64,000 nt of DNA from Methanomassiliicoccus sp. UBA6 (GTDB lineage: Archaea > Thermoplasmatota > Thermoplasmata > Methanomassiliicoccales > Methanomassiliicoccaceae): NCBI GenBank assembly GCA_002508545.1, contig DAVH01000062.1, positions 559 to 64,558 on the forward strand. The letters run 5' to 3'. Of this stretch, positions 48,658 through 57,200 are shown one piece after another (position 1 is the stretch's first letter; each line of letters opens with the position of its first letter). The notes beneath the pieces were generated by a model, which did not search any database, was not told the origin of the DNA, and worked only from the letters and a program-made list of their open reading frames with translations. Both the position numbers and the translations under genes were made by a program.

Positions 48658-49164
48658 ATGAGGCTCGACCGGCGCGGGGACATGGGGGTTTCAGCGATGA
48701 TCATCTTCATCGCCATGGTCCTCGTCGCGTCGGCCGCCGCGTCCGTGATCCTCGCCACCGCCAGCAGCCTCAGGGACCAGGCTATGCGGACCGGGACCGA
48801 TGCCGTCGCCGCGGTATCCACTGGCTATGATGTCATCTACGCCACCGGGGACGTTGCCGGCAACGAGATCGTCCGTCTGCACCTGTTCCTGAGGCTGGCC
48901 GCCGGGAGCCCGGACATCGACATCAACGGGGTGGCGGTCTCCGTGATCGTCTCATCGGAAGGCAGGTCGACCAGCGTCGACCTGGTTTGCGGCCCGGCCA
49001 ACACCGTCGAGCAGCATGACCGGGTGGAGATGATCATCGGCGGCCTGTCGGCAGGTCCCGGGGACGATGTGTCCGTCGTGATCGTCCCGCCGGCCGGGTT
49101 CCCGACACGCATCAAGATTGTCGTCCCCGAGGTGCTGACGCCGGGGACGGTGACCCTCCGGTGA
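48658..49164 (+). CDS. Archaellin-like (class III signal peptide) protein
   Basis: RRG|DMGVSAMIIFIAMVLVASAAASVIL N-terminus; LAAGSPDID motif; start uncertain (48643-48658). Confidence 0.8.
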   Translation: MRLDRRGDMGVSAMIIFIAMVLVASAAASVILATASSLRDQAMRTGTDAVAAVSTGYDVIYATGDVAGNEIVRLHLFLRLAAGSPDIDINGVAVSVIVSSEGRSTSVDLVCGPANTVEQHDRVEMIIGGLSAGPGDDVSVVIVPPAGFPTRIKIVVPEVLTPGTVTLR

Positions 49165-49183
49165 GCGTCCATGGCCCGGGGCG

Positions 49184-49588
49184 TCATCCGAGGGGAGGCA
49201 GCGCGTCACGCACCGCCTTCGCCAGGTCCTGCATGCGATATGGACGGTCCAGGTAGCGGACGATCCCCCTGGACACCTGCGGGGGGAAGAACGCCGCCCA
49301 CAGCATGGCCGTGGAGATTATCACGCGGGCGTCGGGATCGATCTCCAGCAGCATGGTCGTCGCCGCCCCTCCATCCAGCTCGAACGGCCTGTACACGCCT
49401 AGGATCACCAAGTCGTATCTCCGCCCGGCAAGCATGGCCCGCCGGTACCGGTCCACCATCTCCCCTCGGGTCCGAGCGGAGTCGGCTACCATGCCCAAGC
49501 CCCTTAGCATCTCTTTGGTGACCTCTCGAACCGTCTCGTCGTCGTCCGCCACCAGGACCCTGGGGGGCCTGATCTCCAAATCTTCCAT
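49184..49588 (-). CDS. Stand-alone receiver (REC) domain protein, degenerate
   Basis: RVLVADDD...YDLVILG (Asp replaced by Gly)...YLDRPY (Lys replaced by Arg). Confidence 0.75.
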   Translation of the reverse strand: MEDLEIRPPRVLVADDDETVREVTKEMLRGLGMVADSARTRGEMVDRYRRAMLAGRRYDLVILGVYRPFELDGGAATTMLLEIDPDARVIISTAMLWAAFFPPQVSRGIVRYLDRPYRMQDLAKAVRDALPPLG

Positions 49589-49771
49589 CCTGATCTCCTG
49601 TCCTTTCAACTATGTGATCGGGGAGGCTCAAACGCTCGATTATGTGCAGCGTACCGCGGGAGGCGAGCGCAAGCGTATAAATTCAACCGGCAAACAATCA
49701 CTCTTGATAACATCTTCAATATTATTTATGAATGATAATTGTCTCTGGCCGCCCAAGGCGCCTGATTGACG

Positions 49772-50557
49772 ATGATCAGAGCAGGAGATGAGGACGGGGA
49801 CCGATGGGACCGCTCCCGGCGGATCAGATGGCTGGACATGGAGCGGGTGCAGGCAGGACGCTACCTGGTCCTGGGGGCCGGCGCGCTGGGCAACGAGGCG
49901 ATCAAGGACCTCGTGCTGGCCGGGGCCAGGAACATCACCCTGGTGGACATGGACCACGTGGTCCGCTCGAACCTCAACCGCTGCGTCCTGTTCCGGGAGG
50001 GGGACAGCGCCGGGAAGCGATGGAAGGCTGAGGTGGTGGCCGAGCGGGCCTCCGACCTCGACCCGGAGGTCCGAGTGCGGGCGGTGGTGGGAAGGATCGA
50101 GCAGCTCGAGGACCGCGAGTGGAAAGAGCACGACGTCGTGCTGGGCTGCCTGGACAACATCGCCGCGCGGCTCCATGCCAACGCCCACGCGTACTATCGC
50201 GGCACTCCCTACATCGACGGGGGCACCGACGGCTTCGCCGGACGGGTGCAGGTGATCGTGCCGCCCTCCACGCCCTGCCTCCAGTGCGGCCTCAACAAGA
50301 GCCATTACAAGGTGATGGAGAAGCGGTACTCCTGCACCGGCTCGGAGATCACCTATTTCCGGCCGAGCATGGCCGCAGAGATAACCACCACCTCCATCGT
50401 CGCCGCGGTGCAGGTCAGGGAGGCACTGAAGATCGTGTGCGGCAGGAAGGACGCGGTCATCCGGAACGTCGTTCACTACAACGGCGTGAGGAACAGCTGG
50501 GACGAGCTGGAGATGTCCATCGAGCCTTCATGCCCATTGCATGTCAGCCACTCTTGA
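49772..50557 (+). CDS. Ubiquitin-activating E1-like enzyme (ThiF/MoeB/UBA family)
   Basis: VLGAGALGNE, DMDHVVRSNLNR, CLDNIAAR, IDGGTDGFAG, TPCLQC, candidate catalytic Cys in RYSCT, PSCPLH. Confidence 0.92.
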   Translation: MIRAGDEDGDRWDRSRRIRWLDMERVQAGRYLVLGAGALGNEAIKDLVLAGARNITLVDMDHVVRSNLNRCVLFREGDSAGKRWKAEVVAERASDLDPEVRVRAVVGRIEQLEDREWKEHDVVLGCLDNIAARLHANAHAYYRGTPYIDGGTDGFAGRVQVIVPPSTPCLQCGLNKSHYKVMEKRYSCTGSEITYFRPSMAAEITTTSIVAAVQVREALKIVCGRKDAVIRNVVHYNGVRNSWDELEMSIEPSCPLHVSHS

Positions 50558-50720
50558 ATTCATTCAAGAGCTTGCAACTAGTCTCAGCCTCGAACCCCTT
50601 ACGAACTTCGGCCTCATCGCCCGCCGCTTTAGGCTAGCTGATATCCGGCATGACATTCGGCCTTTTTCTTATTTCATAAATTCATAATCGATCGGGATTA
50701 TCCGCCTTCTGGCGTCCTTC

Positions 50721-50728
50721 TTTATAAA
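50721..50728 (+). promoter_or_regulatory. Candidate TATA box for the Ubl-E2-JAB unit
   Basis: TTTATAAA in the AT-rich 250-bp spacer upstream of the Ubl start. Confidence 0.4.
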
Positions 50729-50809
50729 ATGATATTAACACAGTATCAGAATTGTTACATGAAGGCGTCATCTTTATTGACCCTAATTTATCATCGAAAA
50801 TCAGATAAT

Positions 50810-51067
50810 ATGACCATCAAGGTCAAAGTTAGAAATGCCGAGACCGGATCGACCGTGGACATGGAAATGGAGAACGAGAACACCATGAGTGAGATCGTTC
50901 AAGGCGCGGCCGGTTACTGGAAGAAGGAGGCTGGAGCATATGTTCTCCGGCGAGGAAAGAAATTGCTGCGGGGCTCCCAGACGGTGCTCGAGGTCGGACT
51001 TAAGGACGACGACGAGGTAGAGCTCATCCCAGATCCCGAAGGCGGATATCGTGCCCCTCCCTTCTGA
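50810..51067 (+). CDS. Ubiquitin-like protein precursor (79-aa beta-grasp ending GG + 6-aa propeptide)
   Basis: MTIKVKVRNAETGSTVDMEMENENTMSEIV...YVLRRGKKLLRGSQTVLEVGLKDDDEVELIPDPEGG-YRAPPF; pattern parallels ubiquitin. Confidence 0.85.
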   Translation: MTIKVKVRNAETGSTVDMEMENENTMSEIVQGAAGYWKKEAGAYVLRRGKKLLRGSQTVLEVGLKDDDEVELIPDPEGGYRAPPF

Positions 51068-51560
51068 GATACTGCTAGAAAGACTGAAGAACGAGCTGAG
51101 GGCGAGCGCAGGCTATGTGCGAGACGCTCCCGACCTCAGCGACCCCAGTAAGCTGGCGTGGCCTATCCACATCGTCATCGAGCTGAACCGGATCCCCGCC
51201 TATTTCATGGTCCGGGGCAAGCGCAGGGTGAGGTACTCGCATCGGTTCCGCATGACGATCAATAAGGATTATCCCTACAGCAAGCCCACGGTGACATGGC
51301 TGACCCCGATTCTCCATCCCAACATCATGGTACCGCAGGACGGAGGCCAGATATGCACCAAGCTCCTGGAGGGATGGGACTTCAACTCCACCATGATCTC
51401 GTTCATCAAGGGAGTGGAAGCTCTGTTGATCACTCCCAACCCGTCCAACCCGTTCGGCACCGACAGCTGTACGGCAGCAGCGGAGTATTACAACAAGGGC
51501 CCGAGGTACCTGCCTCCGCTTGCCAGGGTCCCCCCGCCGCGGGTGGTGAGCCGTCGGTGA
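51051..51560 (+). CDS. Ubiquitin-conjugating E2 enzyme (UBC fold)
   Basis: RLKNEL, DYPYSKPTVTWLTPILHPNI, GQIC102, W, LLITPNPSNP, AAEYY. Confidence 0.92.
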   Translation: MPLPSEILLERLKNELRASAGYVRDAPDLSDPSKLAWPIHIVIELNRIPAYFMVRGKRRVRYSHRFRMTINKDYPYSKPTVTWLTPILHPNIMVPQDGGQICTKLLEGWDFNSTMISFIKGVEALLITPNPSNPFGTDSCTAAAEYYNKGPRYLPPLARVPPPRVVSRR

Positions 51561-52219
51561 GCCAACCGGTCATCGTCGGCGACCATGTGGCCGAGGTGAA
51601 GGAGCTGCCGCCGCCGGACCGGAGGAGGATAAAAGCGCACAAATGGCTCACCGAAAAACGCATGGAGGATTACCGGGGAAGGGAGAGCAAGGGTTTTGAG
51701 CTCTACATCTCCAAGCTGGCCGAGGAGAAGATCCGTAATCATGCCCTAGAGCACGCCTTTGAGCGCAAGGAGGTCATGGGCCTCCTGCTCGGTGGCATGT
51801 ACCGGCACAACGGCCTCGAGTACGCGCTGGTGAGGGACGTGGCGACCACCGATCTCGACGCCACCGACGTCAGCGTGCGGTTCGATCCGCGGGCGTTCGA
51901 GAAGTTGTTCGCCTCTCTGGAGGAGGTCGGCTTTCGCTACGTGATCGTCGGATGGTACCATTCCCACCCCTCCTACCACTGCTTCATGTCCTCCACCGAC
52001 GTGCAGACCCAGCGGTTGATGTTCAACCTTCGCGGCCACTCCGCGATCGTCATCGATCCGATCAACAAGGAGATCGAGGCGTTCTACCTGGAGGAGGGCA
52101 AGGTGCGGTCCCGTCCGTTCGCCATCTACTGGGACGAGTATCAGAGCCCCTACTACGGGACCCCGGTGCGCATGAGGGATGTCGGCCCCTCCGAGGGCGA
52201 CCTCGGGGCCGGCGCATGA
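51557..52219 (+). CDS. JAMM/MPN+ metalloprotease, Rpn11/CSN5-like
   Basis: EVMGLLLG, VGWYHSHPSYHCFMSSTDVQTQ, AIVIDP; GTGA overlap with the E2 stop. Confidence 0.93.
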   Translation: MSQPVIVGDHVAEVKELPPPDRRRIKAHKWLTEKRMEDYRGRESKGFELYISKLAEEKIRNHALEHAFERKEVMGLLLGGMYRHNGLEYALVRDVATTDLDATDVSVRFDPRAFEKLFASLEEVGFRYVIVGWYHSHPSYHCFMSSTDVQTQRLMFNLRGHSAIVIDPINKEIEAFYLEEGKVRSRPFAIYWDEYQSPYYGTPVRMRDVGPSEGDLGAGA

Positions 52220-52223
52220 GCGC

Positions 52224-52763
52224 TCAGACCCAGATGGCGTGCCTGCGCCTCAGCGAGGCCTCGTTCTGTTCCGTCCTCTCCATGATCAGAGGGACCATGG
52301 AATCGAACATGATCAGCGCGGCGTCTTCGAAGATCGTTCCCAGGGGAGCGAGCTTCTTCTTCTGCTCGTCCTTGCTCTGACCAACCTCCAGGATGATGTT
52401 GGAAGCGTGGCCCAGCTTTGAGTTGGGGCTCGAGGTCACCGCGATCACCCGCGCCCCCACCCGGCGCACGATGTTCGCGGTCTGCACCGCCGACATCGTC
52501 TCCCCGGTGTTGGACACGATGACCACGAGGTCGCACTCGTCGACGAAGGGTGTGGTCATGTCACCGACGAAGTGGACGTCGAAGCCCATCTGCACCAGCC
52601 GGACGGCGAACGCCTGTCCGATCAGGCCCGAGCGACCTACCCCGTAGATGAAGATCTTCTTGGCGTCCATGAACGCCTGGATGGTCTGCTCCACCGCACT
52701 GGGATCGACGTTGGCCAGTGCTTCCCTGACGTTCCTCAGGATGTACTCCAGCGAGTCCTGCAT
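52224..52763 (-). CDS. hxlB: SIS-domain 6-phospho-3-hexuloisomerase
   Basis: IFIYGVGRSG, FAVRL, SNTGET, LAPLGTIFE, RRHA. Confidence 0.85.
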   Translation of the reverse strand: MQDSLEYILRNVREALANVDPSAVEQTIQAFMDAKKIFIYGVGRSGLIGQAFAVRLVQMGFDVHFVGDMTTPFVDECDLVVIVSNTGETMSAVQTANIVRRVGARVIAVTSSPNSKLGHASNIILEVGQSKDEQKKKLAPLGTIFEDAALIMFDSMVPLIMERTEQNEASLRRRHAIWV

Positions 52764-52765
52764 GG

Positions 52766-54019
52766 TCACCGCTTCTTCTTGACCGCAGGGACCTGCTTGG
52801 GCGCTGGCTTGAGGGGAGCGCTCGCCTTCATCGGCGGCTTGGCCACCGAGGCCTTGGGCTTCTCGGGGACCCTGGGCGGGGCCTTCTTCTCGGCCTTGGG
52901 CTTGGGGCGGGGGAGCTCGGGCTCCTCCTCGATCTCGGGCTCCTCGCCGAGGCCTTCGTACTCGACCTCTTCCTCCTCGTCCTCGTCCCTCTCCTTCCCG
53001 TTCTTCTTGACCTTGCTTTCCTTGGCCACCCGCTTGGTCAGCACCCGCTCGTAGATGACCTTCATATACATGGCGTCGTGCTCGAGCAGCGGGGAGGACG
53101 AGATGATCGTGATGTTGGGGTTCTCTTCCGCGAGGTAGTCGGCCAGGGGCTCGAACTTCAGGTCCCCTTTCTTGATGGGGGTGATCCTTCTCTCGTTCCC
53201 GCCCTCGTGCTCCACCCCCGAGAAGTGGGTGTAGAAGTGGCCGTCGACGTAATCGCGGACCTTGTCCAGCAGGGCCCCGAAGTCCGAAGGCTCTCTCAGG
53301 GAGCCGTTCTCGCGGGCGTGGGCGTGGGCGAAGTTGATCACCGGTACGGTGCCCTTGATCTGGTCGCACATCTCCAGGACCTCGTCCAGGGAGCCGAACA
53401 CCTCCTGCCGGCCGCTGGTCTCGAAGCCCAGCAGCGGCTTGATCTTGTTATCCTCCCACCATTCCATGATGGAAGCGATGTTCTCGGTGATGTTCTTCTT
53501 GGCCTGCTTCTTGGTCTTGTCCGGCGCGAGCCCCAGGTGGGTGACCACCAGGTTGCCGTCCATCTGATCGGTCATGATCCCTGCCCAGCGGATGTTGTCC
53601 ATGCACCGCGCGGTGAGCTCGGAGTTGCTGGCGAGGTCCATGTAGTAGGGAGTGTGCATTGACAGCTGGACATCCATCTCCTTGCCCATCTGGCCGAGCT
53701 CGCGGAGCTCGATGAAGTTCTGGGCTAGCCCGGAGGCCAGGGTGATGAGGGCGTCGTCCTCCCGGATCTTCTCGGTGGGCTTGGTGATGCGGACCTCCTT
53801 CTTGTTCTTCACCCGCACGATCTCCATGATCAGGTCGCTCTCCACCTCCAACGGCGAGAGGCCGACCTCCTCCTCGTCCGGAAAACGATCGAAGACGTTT
53901 ACCCTTACCATCTGGACCTCCATGGCGTTGAGACCGAGGCCGTGAACGTCCTCGATGCCGTCCCGGAGGGTCCTGCCCTTACAGGAGAGTGGTATGCCTG
54001 CTGGACCGAATCGAATCAT
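52766..54019 (-). CDS. Endonuclease IV-like TIM-barrel protein with acidic then Pro/Ala/Lys-rich tail
   Basis: IRFGPAGIP, SMHTPYY, ETSGRQEVFGSLDE, NFAHAHAR, HFSGVE, SSPLLEHDA. Confidence 0.82.
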   Translation of the reverse strand: MIRFGPAGIPLSCKGRTLRDGIEDVHGLGLNAMEVQMVRVNVFDRFPDEEEVGLSPLEVESDLIMEIVRVKNKKEVRITKPTEKIREDDALITLASGLAQNFIELRELGQMGKEMDVQLSMHTPYYMDLASNSELTARCMDNIRWAGIMTDQMDGNLVVTHLGLAPDKTKKQAKKNITENIASIMEWWEDNKIKPLLGFETSGRQEVFGSLDEVLEMCDQIKGTVPVINFAHAHARENGSLREPSDFGALLDKVRDYVDGHFYTHFSGVEHEGGNERRITPIKKGDLKFEPLADYLAEENPNITIISSSPLLEHDAMYMKVIYERVLTKRVAKESKVKKNGKERDEDEEEEVEYEGLGEEPEIEEEPELPRPKPKAEKKAPPRVPEKPKASVAKPPMKASAPLKPAPKQVPAVKKKR

Positions 54020-54204
54020 GATGACACCAATACGCCGAAGTTTCCCCTAAAGATTTACTGATTATGAAGGTTGGTATATATAATTGCTGTTGGCAGCGAT
54101 TGCCCTCTGGAAGTCCTCTGGATATAATAACCTTGTCATTCCAGGTGAGAGGAACCGGGACCAAATCCTTTTGACTTCGCAGGGCTTCACCCGCCACGGT
54201 TGGG

Positions 54205-57200
54205 ATGAGCATTCTGTCAGTGGACCCTGTAGAGATGCGTATCGAGAGATGGAGGAAGAACCTTGTGGACACCAGCCTCCGCAATAGGCTGTTGGATGTC
54301 AAGGAGAGCCGCCTGGGATGCCTCCGGCTGACCAGTCCCTCCCCGCAGGACATCTACCGCACCCTGGTGGAGGCGAAAGGCTGCTTCGACGTCGAGATCG
54401 GTCCCAACGGCTCGGCATCCTTCTCGCGCCGCGATGCTGGCCCTGTCCATCCTGGCGAGAGGGCCAAGAGCGATCGGTCCCTGATGCTCATGCGCACCAA
54501 GGCCAGGGAGGCCATGCGCGAGCAGGGCGTGAACATACTGTTCCTCACCCTCGGCGTCCTGGAGTGGTCCGGTGAAGGGACCCAGGGGCTGAAGGTCCGC
54601 TCGCCCCTGATCCTCATCCCGGTGGAGCTGACCCGCTCCAGCCCGCTCGATTCCTACACCCTCAAGGCCGCCGGGGAACCGACCGGCAATCCCACCCTCG
54701 CCCACAAGCTGAGGTCGGAGATGGCCCTCGCCCTTCCGCCGCTGCCGGAGGGCGCCCTGGACGTCGCGGGGTACCTGGACAGCGTCTCCAGGGCGTTCCA
54801 GCGCCTCGGCTGGGAGGTCAGCGGTACCTCGTACCTCGGCCTGTTCAAGTTCCCCAAGATGTGCATGTACGATGAGCTGGGGCAGCACCGGGCGGCCATC
54901 GCCGCCCACCCGGTGGTCAGGGCCCTGGCGGGAGAGATGCTCGAGCAAACGGCCGGCGAGGCCGCGGAGGACCGCGAGAGCTACCAGGTGCTGGACGCCG
55001 ACTCGAGCCAGCAGGAGGCCGTCTCCCTCGCGCTGAGCGGAGCGAGCTTCGTGCTCCAGGGGCCGCCGGGCACTGGGAAGAGCCAGACCATCACCAACAT
55101 CATCGCCGAGACCATCTCCAGGGGGCGCACGGTGCTCTTCGTGTCCGAGAAGCTCGCCGCCCTGGACGTGGTGAAGAACCGGCTCGACGCCCGGGGCCTG
55201 GGCGATTACTGCCTTGAGCTTCACGATCCTGACGCCAGCCGGCAGGCGGTTATGGACGAGCTCTCCCGGTGCATCTCCGTCCCGCCCCGGTCGGAGCCGC
55301 TGACCCCGGAGCAGGAGGAGCTCGAACGCGCCCGCGCAGAGCTGGACGGTTACGCCGCCGCCCTCCACTGCAAGAGGGACGGCCTGGGCATATCCTTCTA
55401 CGAGCTGCTGTCCCAGCTTACCACGCTGCGCTCCGCTCCCGACCTGCCCATCGGGTTCCCCAACCTCGAGCGCTTGGGATGGAGGGACCTCGGACCGCTG
55501 CATCCCCTGGTGCGGGACATGGAGAGGTACGCGCCCATACTGGCGAGCGGGACCGAGCACCCCTGGTCCGACTGCCTGGTCGACTCCTGGAAGCTCAGCT
55601 CGCAGACCGATATCGTCCACCGGCTGTCCGCCCTCAAGATGGCCATATCCCGCTTGAGGGAGGCGGCGGAGCAGTTCTGCGGCTCCCTGGACCTCGAGGT
55701 CCCCGGCAGCCTGAGAGGGGTGAACGATCTGATCGCGCACCTTCGCGCCGTGATCCTGACCTCCTATCCAGAGGAGAACTGGCTGGCCTCCGATCCCACC
55801 CCTCTGCTCAAGCTCCTCGCCGACTCCCGGTCCGCCTACCAGGAGCTGGGCGACCGCATGGCCTGGCTCAGGCAGAAGTACCGCGAGGACGTCCTCGCCC
55901 TCGACCTGCATTCGATGCAGAAGCGCTTCGATGTCGATCACCAGAGCGCCTTCAAGCGGCTGTTCAGCATGAGCTACCGGCGGGACATGGGAACGCTGCG
56001 CAGCCTGAACCGGGGGGACCGGAAGCTGACCTTCGATGTTGCCAAGGAGGAGCTGAACGAGATCCTCCAGATCTCGGACCTGGTCACCGGCCTGCACGCG
56101 CTGGAGACGGAGTGCGGGGCGCGGCTCGGAAAGCACTTCCAGGGAGAGAACACCGACTGGGAGAAGGTGCACTCGGCGATAGCCTGGACGAAGGATTACT
56201 ACGACCAGTACGGCACCCCGCGGTCCCCCGGGATCGTGCACCTCCTGTGCTCCGGCCCCGACGCCCTGGTGGGCCTGAAGACCAAGCTGGACGAGCTCCA
56301 GGATGTGGCCATGCGCATGGAGAGCGCGGTGTCCGCGGTCGGCGAGCGGTTCATCCTGACCAGGCTGGCCGCCGGACGGACGGTCCACGAGATCCCCTTC
56401 GATGAGCTGACCGCCTGGGCCCAGTCGCATATGGACTCGATATCCAGGTTCCAGGAGTGGGCCGAGACCAGCCGGGTGCGGAGGGAGGCCAACGAGAAGG
56501 GTCTCGGGGACCTGCTGACCCTGGCCACCCAGGGCGCCCTGCCGAGCCAGGGGCTGTGGGACGGGGTGCGCAAGCGCTACCTCCTGCTGTGGCATGACCT
56601 CCTGCTCTCCCGCGACCGCCGGCTCCGGGACTTCGACCACGAGGCCCACGAGCGGACCGTAGCCCGGTTCGCGGAACTGGACCGCCGAAGCATCGACCAC
56701 GCGGCTGCCCGGGCACGGGCGGTCCTCGACGCCCGCAGGGCGGGCATGTGCGATCTCTCCTCGCCGGAGATGGGAAGCGCGCTATGGGTGCTGAAGCACG
56801 AGGTGAGCCGCAGGAAGAACCTCCGGCCCATAAGGGAGCTGTTCTCCCAGGCCTCGGAGCCCATCCAGGCCCTCAAGCCCTGCCTGCTGATGAGTCCCCT
56901 GTCGGTCTCCACCTTCCTCGATCCCCTCAAGGTCAAGTTCGACCTGGTCATCTTCGACGAGGCGTCGCAGGTCCGTCCGGAGGACGCCATCGGTTCGATC
57001 ATGAGAGCAAGGCAGGTCATCGTGGTCGGCGACAACAAGCAGCTGCCCCCGACCGACTTCTTCCGCGAGGTCAATGACGAGGAGGAGGACTTTCCCGACC
57101 TCGAGAGCATCCTCGACGAGTGCTCCTCGTCCATGCCCCAGCGCATGCTGCTGTGGCATTACCGCTCCAGGCAGGAAAGCCTCATATCGTTCTCCAACCG

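Noticed and set aside
49772..50557. E1-like gene read as an ordinary MoeB/ThiF/UbaA cofactor-biosynthesis enzyme
   Set aside because: No thi/moa/tRNA-thiolation genes nearby, and it is adjacent to a ubiquitin-type Ubl, an E2 and a JAMM. A dual role is not excluded.
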